From the NCBI GenBank assembly GCA_965603825.1, contig CBFDEM010000040.1, positions 372,001-436,000 on the forward strand: DNA of 64,000 nucleotides. Reading direction: 5' to 3'. This DNA is from Blepharisma stoltei ATCC 30299 (Eukaryota > Protista > Ciliophora). The position numbers and the translations under genes are program-made. Below, one piece after another: positions 11,529 to 24,297 of the stretch (positions are counted from its first letter, which is position 1; each line of letters opens with the position of its first letter). The notes beneath the pieces are model-generated. The model was not told the origin of the DNA. It saw only the letters and a program-made list of their open reading frames with translations, and made no database searches.

Positions 11529-12782
11529 TTATTGCTGATTGAGGGCAGTTTTTACTGTAGTAAAAATCTTTCGATAAAGCATCAAATTGCCTAAATGTCT
11601 TTCAAAAATCGCGACATGTAAACTTGGAAGAATTTCTAGAATCTCCACTTCAATTTGAATGTTTGGTGGGAGCATGCTCTCGTAGAGGATCTTAAAGGTG
11701 CTTTCTTGGATTCGTTTCTTCACCTTTAATGTTGTCATAACATCATTGATTTTTTCTATTATTAATAAAGGATCTTTATCAGATAAAATATGTGTTGGCT
11801 CGAACTCTTCATTATCAAAGAGTTTATTTATTGAGGTGCCTGTGCAATAATTGATTATTTCAAACGCATTCATTACCCTTGGCCTGTCTTCTTGATTATC
11901 TATCATCATTTGAGAACTGTCCTTTGTATTTTCAGCTTCGTTATACAAACCTTCAGGCTCTCTGTAATTTTCTAGAAACCATGGATGCTTCTTGATCTTT
12001 GAGATCGAAATTCTAGTTCTAGGATCAGGATTCAAAATTTGCCTTAATAAATCTTGGGCAGATATGGAAATGTTTTTAGGCATCTCATAGTTGCAGCTCA
12101 GGATTTTTTCAATTAGCCTTGAAATAGAGTCATCTTCAAACGGTAAAGTGCCTGCTAGCATCGCGTATAAAATCACTCCACAAGACCAAATGTCTGAAAG
12201 ATGGCCATCGTATCCTTGGTTTCCAAAAGTTTCTGGAGCAAGGTAATTTAGAGTGCCGCAGGTAGAATACATGAGCTCGATGTTGAATTTATCAAATTTA
12301 AAAAGACCTGATAAGCCAAAATCACTTATTTTTAAAACGCCGTCTTTATCTAGAAGAACATTTTCCAACTTCAAATCTCTATGAGCGATATGTTGACACT
12401 CACAAAAAGCAACGGCAGAGATTATTTGCTGGAAATAATTTCTGACCTGTGTTTCAGGAAGCGGTCCGCATTCTTTAATTTTATCAAAGAGTTCTCCACC
12501 AGTTACTAATTCTAGAACTAAGTAAATTTTTGAATGAGATGATAAAACTTCATACAACTTGACGATGTTTGGGTGCCTAATATGCTTCATTATATGAATT
12601 TCTTGCCTTAGGTTTTCAATAAGATTCTCTTGCTTAATCCTGGCTTTGTCTAAAATTTTTATGGCAAATTTTTCACCACTTTCAATGTGTACTCCCATGC
12701 GAACCCTAAATTAATGTTACTTTCCATAGCTTCCTTCGCCCAAGACACTGCCTAATTCATAGTTGCCAACTCTTTTCATCAT
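11529..12782 (-). CDS. CBL-interacting protein kinase-like (SnRK3/CIPK) kinase with NAF motif; one 15-nt intron
   Basis: Exon 1 MMKRVGNYELGSVLGEGSYGK joins VRMG after intron 12706-12720. HRDLKLEN, DFG, TCGTLNYLAPE and C-terminal MNAFEII. Confidence 0.9.
12706..12720 (-). other. 15-nt spliceosomal intron
   Basis: gtaacattaatttag; interrupts GxGxYGKV and contains an in-frame TAA. Confidence 0.95.
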
Positions 12783-13124
12783 TATTTTAATTTCTAATAA
12801 AAAACTTCATATTCACTATTTAGTTTTCTAATCTTTTGCAACATTATATTATCTTTTTTATCCATCATACCCTATTTCTTTATCTTTATACACACGCATA
12901 ATTTAATAATTTGCAGGCTGATGCCTGAAATAGATCTTATATCTTTAAATTTATTATAGATTATTTTATCTTGCATATTTTTAGTCATTTTGAGCTGAGA
13001 TATTTTTAGCAGTTATATTTCCAAAAAATAAAGGAAATTTTTCCAATTAATACACATAATTAATTAAAAGCGATTTTATATCCTTTTGCACCAATATTTC
13101 TTATTAATTGTCTATTTAGATTAA

Positions 13125-14639
13125 ATGAGAAATAAAGAGAAAACACATTCACTTTTGCGGCACACCAGCGTCCCTACGATTTCTACTTCACATCTTTCAA
13201 TGACCCAAAGATCTCCTGATAAATCTTCTTCCCCAGGACTTCCAATTCTGAAAAAGCAAGGCTCCTTAAGAAAGCAAAGCTCTATTAAAAAACATGTAAG
13301 AATATTTTCCTTGGGTAACGATTATAACGGACTACTTGACACTGACCGAAAATCCTTTTTAGAAGAATTAACAGAAAGATATAGAGACGGTTTCACCAAT
13401 GAATTTAAAAAGAAGAACCAGTTTTTTCTGTTCAGTGAAATAAAGGCGACAACTGGAACCATTCCAGAGTCAAGAGTATCTGGGACAATGGCTTATGTGA
13501 ACAGTTTTTTGTATCTGTATGGAGGGCAAAGTGTGGATTATGGGCACTGCATGAAAATTCTTGATTTTCGAAAGCTTAAATGAGACCATATTTCATATGA
13601 AAGGTCTATTGAAAGTCCTGGATTTAGAATGGGACATACATGTTTAGAATATAAAAATTCTTTGATTTTATATGGAGGAAGATCAAAATATAATGTTGTT
13701 TTAAACCTGAGAGAATGCTCTCATTACATTTACAAATTCGATACTGGAAAATTATCATGGGAAGCCATAATTCCTGAAGGAAATGTCAAAGATGGAAGAA
13801 GGAATCATGGTGCAGGAATCTTAGGACATACGATGATTATATATGGAGGAATCGATAGCCATGGCAGAATTTTATCTTCAATTCACTGCTTGGATCTAGT
13901 AGCTTTTAAATGGTTTAATATAGAAATAGAGACAACTCATGTTACGCCTGGCCATCGCCACTCATTTAGTTTCACACCTGTATTTTCCTCTGATATCTTA
14001 AAAAATCCTCATTTTGAGATATATGATATTCCTTATTCGACAAGTGACATTATCCCTAAAAAGAAATCAGGCTTTTATATTTTTGGAGGGGCAACACTTG
14101 CTGAGTCGCCATCAAACGATCTATATTGTCTAAAAGTTAAAAAGAGATTAAAACAAGCCAGCTTTAAATGAGTAAAACTTGAAACAACAGGACAAAGCCC
14201 ATCTGCAAGATCAAACCATTGCTCAGTCTTTTCAGGAACTCATTTATATCTGATTGGAGGAAGAAATGATACTTTGCAAGTAAGTGAAAAAATCGAAATT
14301 TATGCGCTTGATATTTTAGAATTGCGCTGAGAAAACGTAAGTATTCAAGGAAATTCTCCAACTAATAGATGGGGAGCTTCTGCAATAGCTATTGGGACAA
14401 AAATTTTGATTTTAGGAGGGATGACAATAGGTCGATACTGTAACTCTGATTTATATATGATAGAAACCGACCAAGATTATGTAGGAGAAGTCATAAACTC
14501 TTATCATGAAGATGAAGAGCCTAAGAAAAAAATTAAAGAGCCAATTATCTCTAATAAAAACATAAGAAGCATGGAGCGGCTTTCCAATAACTTGAAAAAT
14601 ATATTAGCAGCAAGACTTTTAGCAAATAAAGATACGTAA
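13125..14639 (+). CDS. Kelch-repeat beta-propeller protein, ~504 aa
   Basis: Single frame through TGA at 13581, 14169 and 14328, each at the kelch Trp position; repeated LYGG/IFGG/LIGG. Confidence 0.9.
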
Positions 14640-14777
14640 ATTAATTATGCTTCACGTCACTTGCATGTCTATTTCAATGCATAGATTTTCTGCAGTAGTC
14701 CTAGATTTATGAAAGGGTCCGATATATTCGCAAATAAAAGCGAATTAAGATCAAAATAATAATTAAATTCAATTATA

Positions 14778-15572
14778 TTAACTGAGTATAATAATAGCTG
14801 ATATTAAAGCACCGTCTAAAATAAATCCATTGTTACTATAAGTGGTAGAACTTCCAGAAACTGCTTCAGATTGAGCTTCATAAATGATTTGTTCAAAAAT
14901 ATTAATGGAGAAGCAATTAAGAGAGTTAATGAGAACTATAAAGGCATCTACATAGTAAAGATAATACATAAGCTTGGTGTACTCTTTATTGCAGGCAGCA
15001 TCTATTGCATCTGCTGCAATAGTATCACCAAGCTGCAAAGTGCAATATTGTCTTCCCACTGTAGAGCACACACAACTTCCATATGTTCCATCTAATAATA
15101 AGCAATCTTGATCAGATGAGCATTCTTTGAGATGTTCCCCTGATGCAAGTTTTTTCTTAGCATAAGAATCTTTATTAGTGCATATTTCTTCAGCAGTTTC
15201 ATTAATATTTTGCGTTGTATAAGGTACAGTGTATTGCTTGCAGGCTATGTAATTAGCTGCTCCAGATGTAGAGTTCCAAGATGAAGATGATGCTAGAACT
15301 CTTCTAGTTGTATTTGCATAAATTTCAGGCAAAGATATATCTGAGCTTGAGGAAGATGTGCTTACTTCGCTTTCATGCTCATGCCAAGTGCTTATTAAGT
15401 CACTATACTTGCAAAAAGTCATCATGGTATTGCACGGATATTGATTAATAAAAATCTGTGATTTGGACATTACAAATTTTGCGCAGTCAGTCGAGTCATC
15501 TGAAAAATAAGTGCATTGGAAAGTAGGGCATGCGGACTGAGTGCTACTCACAAGAAGGAGGATCCATAGCAT
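14778..15572 (-). CDS. Secreted Cys-rich surface protein, probably GPI-anchored
   Basis: Signal peptide, many Cys, Ser-rich spacer and hydrophobic C-terminus. Confidence 0.75.
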   Translation of the reverse strand: MLWILLLVSSTQSACPTFQCTYFSDDSTDCAKFVMSKSQIFINQYPCNTMMTFCKYSDLISTWHEHESEVSTSSSSSDISLPEIYANTTRRVLASSSSWNSTSGAANYIACKQYTVPYTTQNINETAEEICTNKDSYAKKKLASGEHLKECSSDQDCLLLDGTYGSCVCSTVGRQYCTLQLGDTIAADAIDAACNKEYTKLMYYLYYVDAFIVLINSLNCFSINIFEQIIYEAQSEAVSGSSTTYSNNGFILDGALISAIIILS

Positions 15573-15607
15573 TTTTATTTAAAACGAAAATTTAATAAAA
15601 AATTAAA

Positions 15608-18082
15608 TTATTGCAGTTTGCTTGCAACTAAGAATTTATTCAAATCTTTTATGGACACATTCCCATTGTCTGAGTTATTTCTTTTGTGCTTTTTTAAATA
15701 TTCTAAGTAGTTTTTTGAGAAAATCGGATTCGAGCATTGCAGCCCTTTGTGCAATACACAACTCTTTTTATCGTCTTTACAATTTCCGTTAGGTATAGGA
15801 TGCTTTGTTTTTAATTCTACAATAGGACAGAGATCAAATCCTATCTTTTTCCCCTTCAAAGGGGTAACAATTTTTTGCACATTTGTTTGTGATAAATATG
15901 GATCAGCTGGCATTGTCGGCTTTCTGCTAAGTGACACTAAGCTTGCTCTCTTGCTCTGGTAGCTTTTTTTATGATTTTGCACTTTTGAGCATGCAATTAA
16001 ATTAGGAGTGAAAGATATGAATTTTGTGTGGAAGACCTGTGAAGTGCGTCTATCTGTGTGCATACTATTTACAAGTGTTTCAGATTTTTTACATTCTCCA
16101 GTTTCATCTGCAAGTTCTGCAGTGTGAATGTATCGATCAGTTTCACTATAAAAAATATCATCATCAATTTGTTTGATTTCATTTTCTGGCTCTTGGATAG
16201 TGATTTCATGCTCTTTATAGTTTTCTTGGACAAAGTATAACTCTTCTTGTATAGCATTGTATGAGATGCCAGCTAGTGCTAAATCTTTGCTGTGGATAGG
16301 GGTTTCATCAGAGCGCTTGTCTTTTTTACAAGATTCTTTATAGTCATTTATTCATTCAGTTGTTAGGTGAAGGTTTCTATTAAGAGTGGAAGTATTTACA
16401 AAAATTAAGCAGCTCTTTGCAAGGTCTTTTCCGATTTTGCTGAAATCTGCAAGAGTGAAATAAGGGTTATTGGGGCCTTCAGGGCCAAAGAAGCTGCATT
16501 CCATAGTATAGCTGTTTATAATCCCTAGCTGCTTAAATAAAACAATTCTTGCGGTTGATTCTTTCTGCTTTTCCAAGCGGTAATGTGTGTTTTTATATGA
16601 AAATTTCGAATTTGCTTTAGCCATGAATACAGGAGTAAGCATTGCTGTAAGTTTTTTTGTTTTGTCACATTTCGGCGTAGTGCAGCATCCATACATAAAA
16701 ACGTTCTTTTTCTTTGCATGGGCATGCAAATCACAGTACAATGCAACGTCATTTGCTTCTTTCATTTTTACAATTAACTCTTTTGCATAATAAATAGTAG
16801 GGTGCAAAATTTTATTTGGCTTTATTCATCTCCTATTTAAATCAACCCCTAATAATGAGCATCTTGTGTTCCCATGTATGACCCCATCAGGATTCAGCAT
16901 AGGTATAATGCAGAAAATAAATTCTTTTCTTAACAGCTTTGCATCTTTAGAATTTCCAAGTAAAAATTTGACCAGACCCTGCATGATATACGAAGAAGGA
17001 GATTCTCCAGGATGAACTCTTGCTGTAATAAAAACTCCTTTCTTGCCAGAATGCTCATTTTCTTTCTTTTTCTTCTTGTTTATATCATAACTGGCCACTT
17101 TATTAGTAATCGTAATCATTTCACAGGAATTTCCTCCAATAGTTTCAGCTAATTTTTCAACTCGAGCAATTTTTGTGTTTTTTTTCTTAATTTCGCTCAA
17201 AAAATTAGATAGGTCTGTATACGTATAAGGAAATGAATACGCAAATTTTACTGTGTCCTTTTCATATGAAAAATGATATGTAAAAGAATAAGTAAAATAC
17301 TCACAGTCACTGCTTTCTTGACTTAAAAATTCTTTAAAATTTACAGTATTTTGGAATGATATATCTCACCCTTTTCGTCGTCAGGTTTTACCTTTTTCTA
17401 ATAAAGATTTTGTGGAGAGAATTACAGGTTGCATACCATCAGCTAGCAGTTTATCAAATTTTACAAAATTGATGATGTGGAATCTAACTGTGATAGGATT
17501 CTGATTTTTACATAAAAAATAAAATCAGTGTTTATAATTAGCTGCTCTTGTGTCAGGTCTTATGATGAGCACGTATTCACGTTCATCTACACGGATTGCC
17601 TTTTGAAGATTTCCGCTTTCAAAAATACTGTCAAATTTTAGTAAATTGCTATCATTATCTGAATTTGCTTTTTTTGAGGTATATTGAGGAAAAGGATTAC
17701 TGATTAACTCATAGTATCTTCAATTGTCGCTTTTTGGTCCTTTCTCTATCTCAGCCTTAGTCTCCTCATCAACTATCCCAGCATTTTTCTTAAATTTTGG
17801 AATAATTTCTTGAATTTCATACACAATTTGGTTTACCTTTATAGCTTTATTCTCATCGCTCTTGTCATTTGTATTTTCATTCCGGTGTAAAGTTTCTCTA
17901 GAATTTTTACTACAAAAAGACTGTTTTAGCTCAATGTCCGACTCTATGTCGCTTTTTTCTAATACTTTATAAGTCAGGTCACATTTTTGTGATTTCAGTT
18001 TTATCTTTATTTGTTTGTCTGTAAGTGCCTTCAGACTGTGCCCTGGAGATAGACTTTTTGCATCTCCACTTCTTTGTTCCAT
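15608..18082 (-). CDS. Cytosolic carboxypeptidase (M14, CCP/AGBL tubulin deglutamylase family), ~824 aa
   Basis: One frame with TGA=Trp. Motifs FESGNL, HWFYF, YSFPYTY, ARVHPGE, NPDGV, DLNRRW, DLHAH and YTME. Confidence 0.92.
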
Positions 18083-18323
18083 TTTGTATCACAGATAATG
18101 AAAGAAAAAATTATATTGTAATAAATTCAGTAGATATGCAATTGCAATTTAGGGAAGATGTCTGATACTTTATATAAATGCATTTTATTTTTTGTTTTTT
18201 TTTTAGTTTCTATACTAATAAGAAAAAATAGTTTCTGGTACAACTTTCAAGGAAAAAATCTTTATTTCATATTACCGATAAATATGAAGATTTCTTCTTG
18301 TATGGGGCATCAATTAAATTTAA

Positions 18324-19079
18324 ATGTATAGGTCAAATACTTTTGATCCATGGAAGGAAAATATTCAAGAATTCAACAGAAGAAGCACCTTTGAAGAAAT
18401 TTCTCATTATTTATCAGATTTATCAGCAGGACATCCAGACCCTTTGTCAGTTTATCTCCCATATTTAAACGATACAAAATTCAAACACTCTTCTCCTCTT
18501 TTAATTCAAACCCTCCATCACTTTGCAAAATCTCCAGTGTACTCAAATGATCCGCGATATCTGAATTTATGAGTGATTTATGCAGAAAACTGCCAAGATC
18601 CTCTATTGATTTATGAAGAAATGCTGCAGAAAAACATTGGGTTGGCATTTGCAATGATATATGTCGCTATTGCTGAAATTTATGAAGCAAGAAGACAATA
18701 TATACAAGCAGAGCACGCTTATTTGCTGGGGGTATTCAGACAGGCTGAACCATTGATAAAATTAAAAAAACTTTATAACGATTTCCTTCACAGGACTTCT
18801 GGCCCAAGAGCGTTTGAAAAGTACTCAGACGAGGTTTCAGTCGAAGAAGCAAAGGCTTTGCTTAGCTTGAGATTTCAAGCACATGAAATTGAAGACCGAC
18901 ACGAGTTTCCTCTATGCCAGAGTCCTGCAAGAGTTATAGGTCAGAGTACTATGCATTTATCAGCTTGCAAGAAAACTCCTACAATAGAAGGAATATACCA
19001 GAGCCCTCACATTTCGAATGTAATATTTAATACAAGTCCTTACGAAATCAGAGGGCGAAGACCTTTTACACAATTATAA
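18324..19079 (+). CDS. Mad3/Bub1-like spindle checkpoint protein (KEN-like motif + TPR domain, no kinase)
   Basis: WKENIQ, YSNDPRYLNLW (TGA 18570-18572), IGLAFAMIYVAIA, AEP. Confidence 0.82.
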
Positions 19080-19154
19080 TTTAATATTTAAGGTTAGTAA
19101 AACCAGAAAATGATAAATTATTAATTGCAAGATAATTGCTAGAAAAGTCTTAAG

Positions 19155-19634
19155 TTAGAATAAAACGAATTGTTTTCTTGCTGACCCAAAGATTTGGTTA
19201 GGCTGTACCTTGAGCACATTAAATCTAACAGTCTTTGAAATAGGTCTGCATTGTCCAATGGTAACAATATCTCCTTCTTTCACATGAGAAAAGGCAGGTG
19301 AGCAGTGGGCTGGGATGTTTTTGTGTCTCTTTTCGAATCTCTTGTACTTAGGAATGTAGTGGAGATAATTTCTTCTGATAATGATGGTATGCTTCATTTT
19401 GGTTGAAATTACCATTCCTTTTAGAATTCTTCCTCTGATTGAAACTTCTCCAGTGAATGGGCATTTTCTGTCAACATAGTTTCCTTCAATTGCCTCTTTA
19501 GGAGTCTTGAATCCCAATCCGACATTCTTCCAGTATCTAACTCCTTTAGCTGTTTTTTTGGCGAAGAACTTCTTGCTTTTAAGAGATACACCATCCTGTC
19601 TCATGTAGGCTTTCTCTGTTTGCACGTCCGCCAT
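19155..19634 (-). CDS. RPS11: 40S ribosomal protein S11 (uS17)
   Basis: [32 protein letters not shown]. Confidence 0.97.
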   Translation of the reverse strand: MADVQTEKAYMRQDGVSLKSKKFFAKKTAKGVRYWKNVGLGFKTPKEAIEGNYVDRKCPFTGEVSIRGRILKGMVISTKMKHTIIIRRNYLHYIPKYKRFEKRHKNIPAHCSPAFSHVKEGDIVTIGQCRPISKTVRFNVLKVQPNQIFGSARKQFVLF

Positions 19635-19754
19635 TGTTTGATTAATTATAAAGAGTGCTTGGCTGCCATATATACTCATCATCTCACATTTTCACCTGAC
19701 CGAAATTCAAGCTTAAATAATTGTTTAAATTTAAGTAAATTTTAGTTCTAGCGT

Positions 19755-20552
19755 CTAAACGTTGGCTTTGTATCTTTCTTCAGAGATGACGGTGCCTTGT
19801 CTGTCAATTCTTTCAAGATCTTCGTTCCTGCCTCGCATGCACCAGCCCATGTGTCTTTTTAAGAAAAGCTCTTCAGATCTTGGGATTTGTGAATGGTGGA
19901 CTTGCCAGTAGACAACTAAGCCTAATGCACCTGCTAAAAGCAAAAGGACCACAAAAACTGTAAAAATTCCAAGATGATTTACACCTTCTCCTTCTCCGGT
20001 TTTGGTATTTTGACAAAATTGTCCGCTAAATCCTTGGACACATTGGCATTCCTTATCAACACAGACTCCTCCATTTAAGCATTTCCCGGAGCAAGGACTT
20101 TGTGCATTACTTGCTATTTCAACGTCAATACATTGATAATGAATACCTTTTTCGGTCTCCCAAATCCACTGCAGAGTGCATAAATCACATATAATTTTTG
20201 TAGGGAAAGGTACAATTTTAAATTCAGTTTTTGCCTGACGACCACAAGGGAAATATCCAGATGCATCAGCGGAATTATCTATTGGAATCAAAGTTTCGTA
20301 TATTGAATAGTCAGTGCCATGTGAAAGCCGAAGAGTGCAATTTCCTGCTTGAGAAGGCGTCCTGACAACCCATGATATAGGATTTAATGAGCCTGGGTCT
20401 GAAAGTAGATGAGACTTGCCTTTTGTGGAAGATCCGCAGGGTGGATGACCTATTAATGCCGGCTGAGAGTCTGCTCGTGGGAGTGGTTCAATTATGATGG
20501 CTTCTGGGTTAGTTTCTGCGCTTACAATTGATACTAATAGAAAATAGATCAT
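19755..20552 (-). CDS. Type I membrane protein with Cys-rich ectodomain and EGF-like repeat
   Basis: Signal peptide; CDLCTLQWIW..YQCIDV; EGF CLNGGVC...CQCVQGFSGQFC; TM helix. Confidence 0.8.
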   Translation of the reverse strand: MIYFLLVSIVSAETNPEAIIIEPLPRADSQPALIGHPPCGSSTKGKSHLLSDPGSLNPISWVVRTPSQAGNCTLRLSHGTDYSIYETLIPIDNSADASGYFPCGRQAKTEFKIVPFPTKIICDLCTLQWIWETEKGIHYQCIDVEIASNAQSPCSGKCLNGGVCVDKECQCVQGFSGQFCQNTKTGEGEGVNHLGIFTVFVVLLLLAGALGLVVYWQVHHSQIPRSEELFLKRHMGWCMRGRNEDLERIDRQGTVISEERYKANV

Positions 20553-21564
20553 TTTTACTTTTATTTAAACGAAAAGTCTGATAAAAATTTCAAAGAATCA
20601 ATGAAAATGAGCTTCTGAATAATATAAAAGAATTGCTCTATAAGTTTTTTTCAAACGAAAGATAATAAAATAATTGAATAAATTAAAAATATCAAATTAG
20701 ATTATAACAAATGAGAGCTATTGATAATAAATATAGAGAAGCAAAAAATCAAATTAACCATAAAAAATTGCTTAAAACTTTTCAATATGTTTCATATTTT
20801 TTGGTCTGTGCAAATTTGAGAAAATCAAAGAAAAATTAATAGATTTTTACCTTTTATATTTCAAATAACAAAAATTGATCTTTCAAGGTAAATTAGAATA
20901 TTTGCTGAAAAAATACTTATTATTCTAAATATAATGTTAATAGTGTAACCCTATTTCTTCAAATCTAGTTAAATTTAACAGTTTTTTCCAGGCGTATCAT
21001 ACTATAAAACATTTTGATCAATAGTCCAGAACTATTAAACCATAAATACATTTTGATTAAATGACATGGATGCAAAAATTCAAGGAAAAAATTATTTTGT
21101 CACAATTTAGAATAATCTTTATGCCTTTGCTTATTCTCTGAATTCAAGAGGAGTTATAAATATTTTTATTTTTATCGTTTAAATCAAATATATCAATAGT
21201 AGCTTATGCTTAAATTCCAAAAATTCTTTTCACTTGCTTCAGCTTAATCCTATCCCATAACTTAATTGTCAGTATTTCTAAATAATAATTGAATAACAGT
21301 GAAATGTTTTTAAAAAAAAAATCGCACAGAATACTCATTCTTGCCATACAAATAATTGCTAGAATGAATTTACATATTTATCGCGTATTTCTATTATGGA
21401 CGATTAAAACCAAAATAAAAAACCCTATTTATATATGAGGTGGTCATAAATTAAAATAAACAATTGCATATCCCGATATTAAAAATTCTCCTCTTAAGAT
21501 TAACTAATATTTTTTATACAGAGAAAATTTTCATTACCTAAATGGCTAATAATTAAGGAATCCA

Positions 21565-21999
21565 ATGAAGAAAGACGCGACTAGCTATAAGTTCAAATGC
21601 TATTATACCAATTGCGATAAGGCTTATCTGACGAAATATCATCTGCGTCGTCATATAAACGCCGCCCACCTTCAAATAAAGAGCTTCGTTTGCTCTCAGT
21701 GCTCAAAAGCTTTCTCCAGTAAACAGAATTTCAAGGAACACGAACTTCTCCATGCAGCTAATAAAAATTCTCCAAGCAGGACCGATATGCTCAAGCCTTT
21801 GTCTTCTCCAAGTGAAACAAAAGCAAGATCTTTGCTCTCTCTGCTGGCTATTATTTCTCACCAGCAAGAGGAGCCAGTCAAGCCCACAAAATCGAATGCG
21901 AGGAATAAGCCAATGCCTGTACTTCCTCCTGTAGACTCAGAAAGACAAAGTCAATGGGGATTAATAAAAATCCCTATCCTGCCAATCCTATTAAGTTAG
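21565..21999 (+). CDS. C2H2 zinc-finger protein (two fingers)
   Basis: CYYTNC..Y..KYHLRRHINAAH and CSQC..AF..KQNFKEHELLH. Confidence 0.9.
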   Translation: MKKDATSYKFKCYYTNCDKAYLTKYHLRRHINAAHLQIKSFVCSQCSKAFSSKQNFKEHELLHAANKNSPSRTDMLKPLSSPSETKARSLLSLLAIISHQQEEPVKPTKSNARNKPMPVLPPVDSERQSQWGLIKIPILPILLS

Positions 22000-22634
22000 A
22001 AAATTTAAATATCTCTTATGTTTCCTTTAATTGCATGGTCTCAGAATTAAAATTTAAAGTCACCTAAAAAATTATTGGGCAGTTACATAACTTTGGATTT
22101 AAATCTTTTTATTTAAGAAAATTTATTGAACCTCTTTTTAGATAGCTCTCAGCAGAAAAAAATTTTAGTTATGTTTTTAAAAATACTTTTTGAGATTTTG
22201 GCAATTTCATTTTTGATGGTGACGCCCATTAGTTGCTATCCATATTGAGAGATTATGGTGGCTTTACTCAGTTTTTTTTTGGAATTATGCCATGGATATA
22301 CCCAAATAATTTGTTCCTCAGAAAAGTGGCGAATTTAAAGTGAGAAAAGGGATTTCTGAAATAAAAAATTAATAAATATCTAATGTTGAAATTGTTATAA
22401 AATACCAATTTTGTCGTCCCGTGACAAAATGCAACCTGGAGTTATGTATATAAACATTTAGAAATATTTTATAATTTATAAATGCATTCTTTTATTTTCC
22501 CTATTTAATTGCTTATTTTTATTTAATTAACCATATTGCACCTGCTTGGAACTAATCTATACTAATTTATTTCCTAATCTTCATGGTCTATAAATCTACG
22601 GATCAATTATTATGTTATTATTATTCATAAATAT

Positions 22635-23534
22635 TTATTCGCCTTCAATAAAGCTTTTTAAGTTTTCATTCAATACTTGGTTGATCCTGTACAAATCCCT
22701 CGTTTTTTCTTCGAATTCCATTGAAGATGCCAGCAAAGTATCATAGGCTGCTTTTGTTTCTTCAAGCTCATCTTCTAATTCATGGATACGCTTTTGTTGC
22801 TGTCTTGACATTAATCCAAGCTGCTGATTTTCTTCAAGCAAATTTCTTATTTTTGACTCTCTCATTTGTGTTTTATTTAATTGTGCCTTATTATAATCTT
22901 CTTTGGTCCTGATTTCTTTTATTTTTGATAAAAGTTCTTTATTTAGATGATGAAGTCTTTGCATAGCTTTTCTCTCTTCGATTAATTTACTTTCCATTTC
23001 AGCAATTTTTTTTTCTTGCTCTCGCTCTTTTCGCTTGAGGCTTGCAGAAAATGCAGTTTGAGTGACCGGGATTTCTTTTGAAAAGGAGATATCTCTTTTT
23101 GGAGACTGGCTGTAATTTGTAGCTGTTTTTGTGAGTTTAGATTCAAGTTCTTTGATTTTATTGTCTTTTTCTCTGAGTTTTAACTCTAAAGATTCAACAG
23201 TTTTTGTGGAATTTTCTAATTGAGATTCTAAATATTTGATTTGATGAAGATAAATTTGATCCCTATCTTCTTCAATAAACTGTGTTTCGAACTTTCCTGA
23301 ACTTTCTCTGAACCTCGAGTCTGATTGCTTTTGAGGAGACTCCAGAAATTGAATAGACATACTATTTGGTGGGAGGTCATATTCTTTTATTGCATCTTCT
23401 TCAGTATTTTCTCAATTTCCTAATAATTCTCGAACTTGCTTGTCGATAATTTCATTTTCTTTTTCCATTTGAGCTAAGTAGTTCTCTGTTTCTTTATGTA
23501 TTATGTCTGCTGAAATCTCCTTAACTGCTTCCAT
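22635..23534 (-). CDS. Coiled-coil protein of unknown function, ~299 aa
   Basis: ORF 22635-23360 extends upstream through one TGA to ATG at 23534 (MEAVKEISAD). Confidence 0.78.
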
Positions 23535-23630
23535 TTATTTAATCATTTTTCCTTTTGGCAATTCTAATAGTAAAATTTGCTATGTTACTCCCTTCATTGA
23601 ATTATTCAATATATTCTGATAAGCAATAAA

Positions 23631-24266
23631 ATGTCTAAGATAAATTTACACTATTTCGATATTTATGGAGATGGAGAATGCATCAGAACAATACTAACAT
23701 ATTTTGATATCCCGTTTAATGACCATAGAATTTCTGTTGAGGAATGGAAAAACTTAAAATCCCAAGGATTTTCAGAATTTGACTTACTTCCTGCATTAGA
23801 TATAGATGGGCTAAGACTAGTAGATACAGAATCTATTTGTAATTATATAGCAAGAAAATATGAATTTTACCCCAAAAATTTCATTGATACTTATTTAGTT
23901 GACTCTATATGCGAATACAGAAAGTTTATTTTAGGAAGCTTTACAGAGATTTTGATTGGAGATGATTTGCCAGGATGGGAAAGGTTTATACATGAGAAAA
24001 TGCCATATTTTTTGAGAAAATTTGAAGCAAGATTAGAAAAAAATAACGGAGGATTTACTTATTTCGTAGATGTTAGCATAACCATGGCCGATTTCATGAT
24101 ATTTGATATTATATATAACTTTTGCTTGAGACCTGGAAAGATTGAAAAATTTGGAAACATTGTGGACATAAATGCTCCAAAATGTAAAACGCTTTGTGAA
24201 AGAATTATAAACTCATCAGATAGATTTAGAGAATACTTAAAGAATAGACCATATCGAAAGTTTTAG
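23631..24266 (+). CDS. Glutathione S-transferase (sigma/alpha-like), atypical G-site
   Basis: LHYFD..G..ECIR, LPALDIDG and C-terminal SITMADF N-capping motif. Confidence 0.9.
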   Translation: MSKINLHYFDIYGDGECIRTILTYFDIPFNDHRISVEEWKNLKSQGFSEFDLLPALDIDGLRLVDTESICNYIARKYEFYPKNFIDTYLVDSICEYRKFILGSFTEILIGDDLPGWERFIHEKMPYFLRKFEARLEKNNGGFTYFVDVSITMADFMIFDIIYNFCLRPGKIEKFGNIVDINAPKCKTLCERIINSSDRFREYLKNRPYRKF

Positions 24267-24297
24267 TTTGAATTATAAGTGAATAAATATAAAATTA

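Noticed and set aside
22408-22430. Hairpin attttgtc-N7-gacaaaat
   Set aside because: An 8-bp AT-rich stem is expected by chance; no RNA family features.
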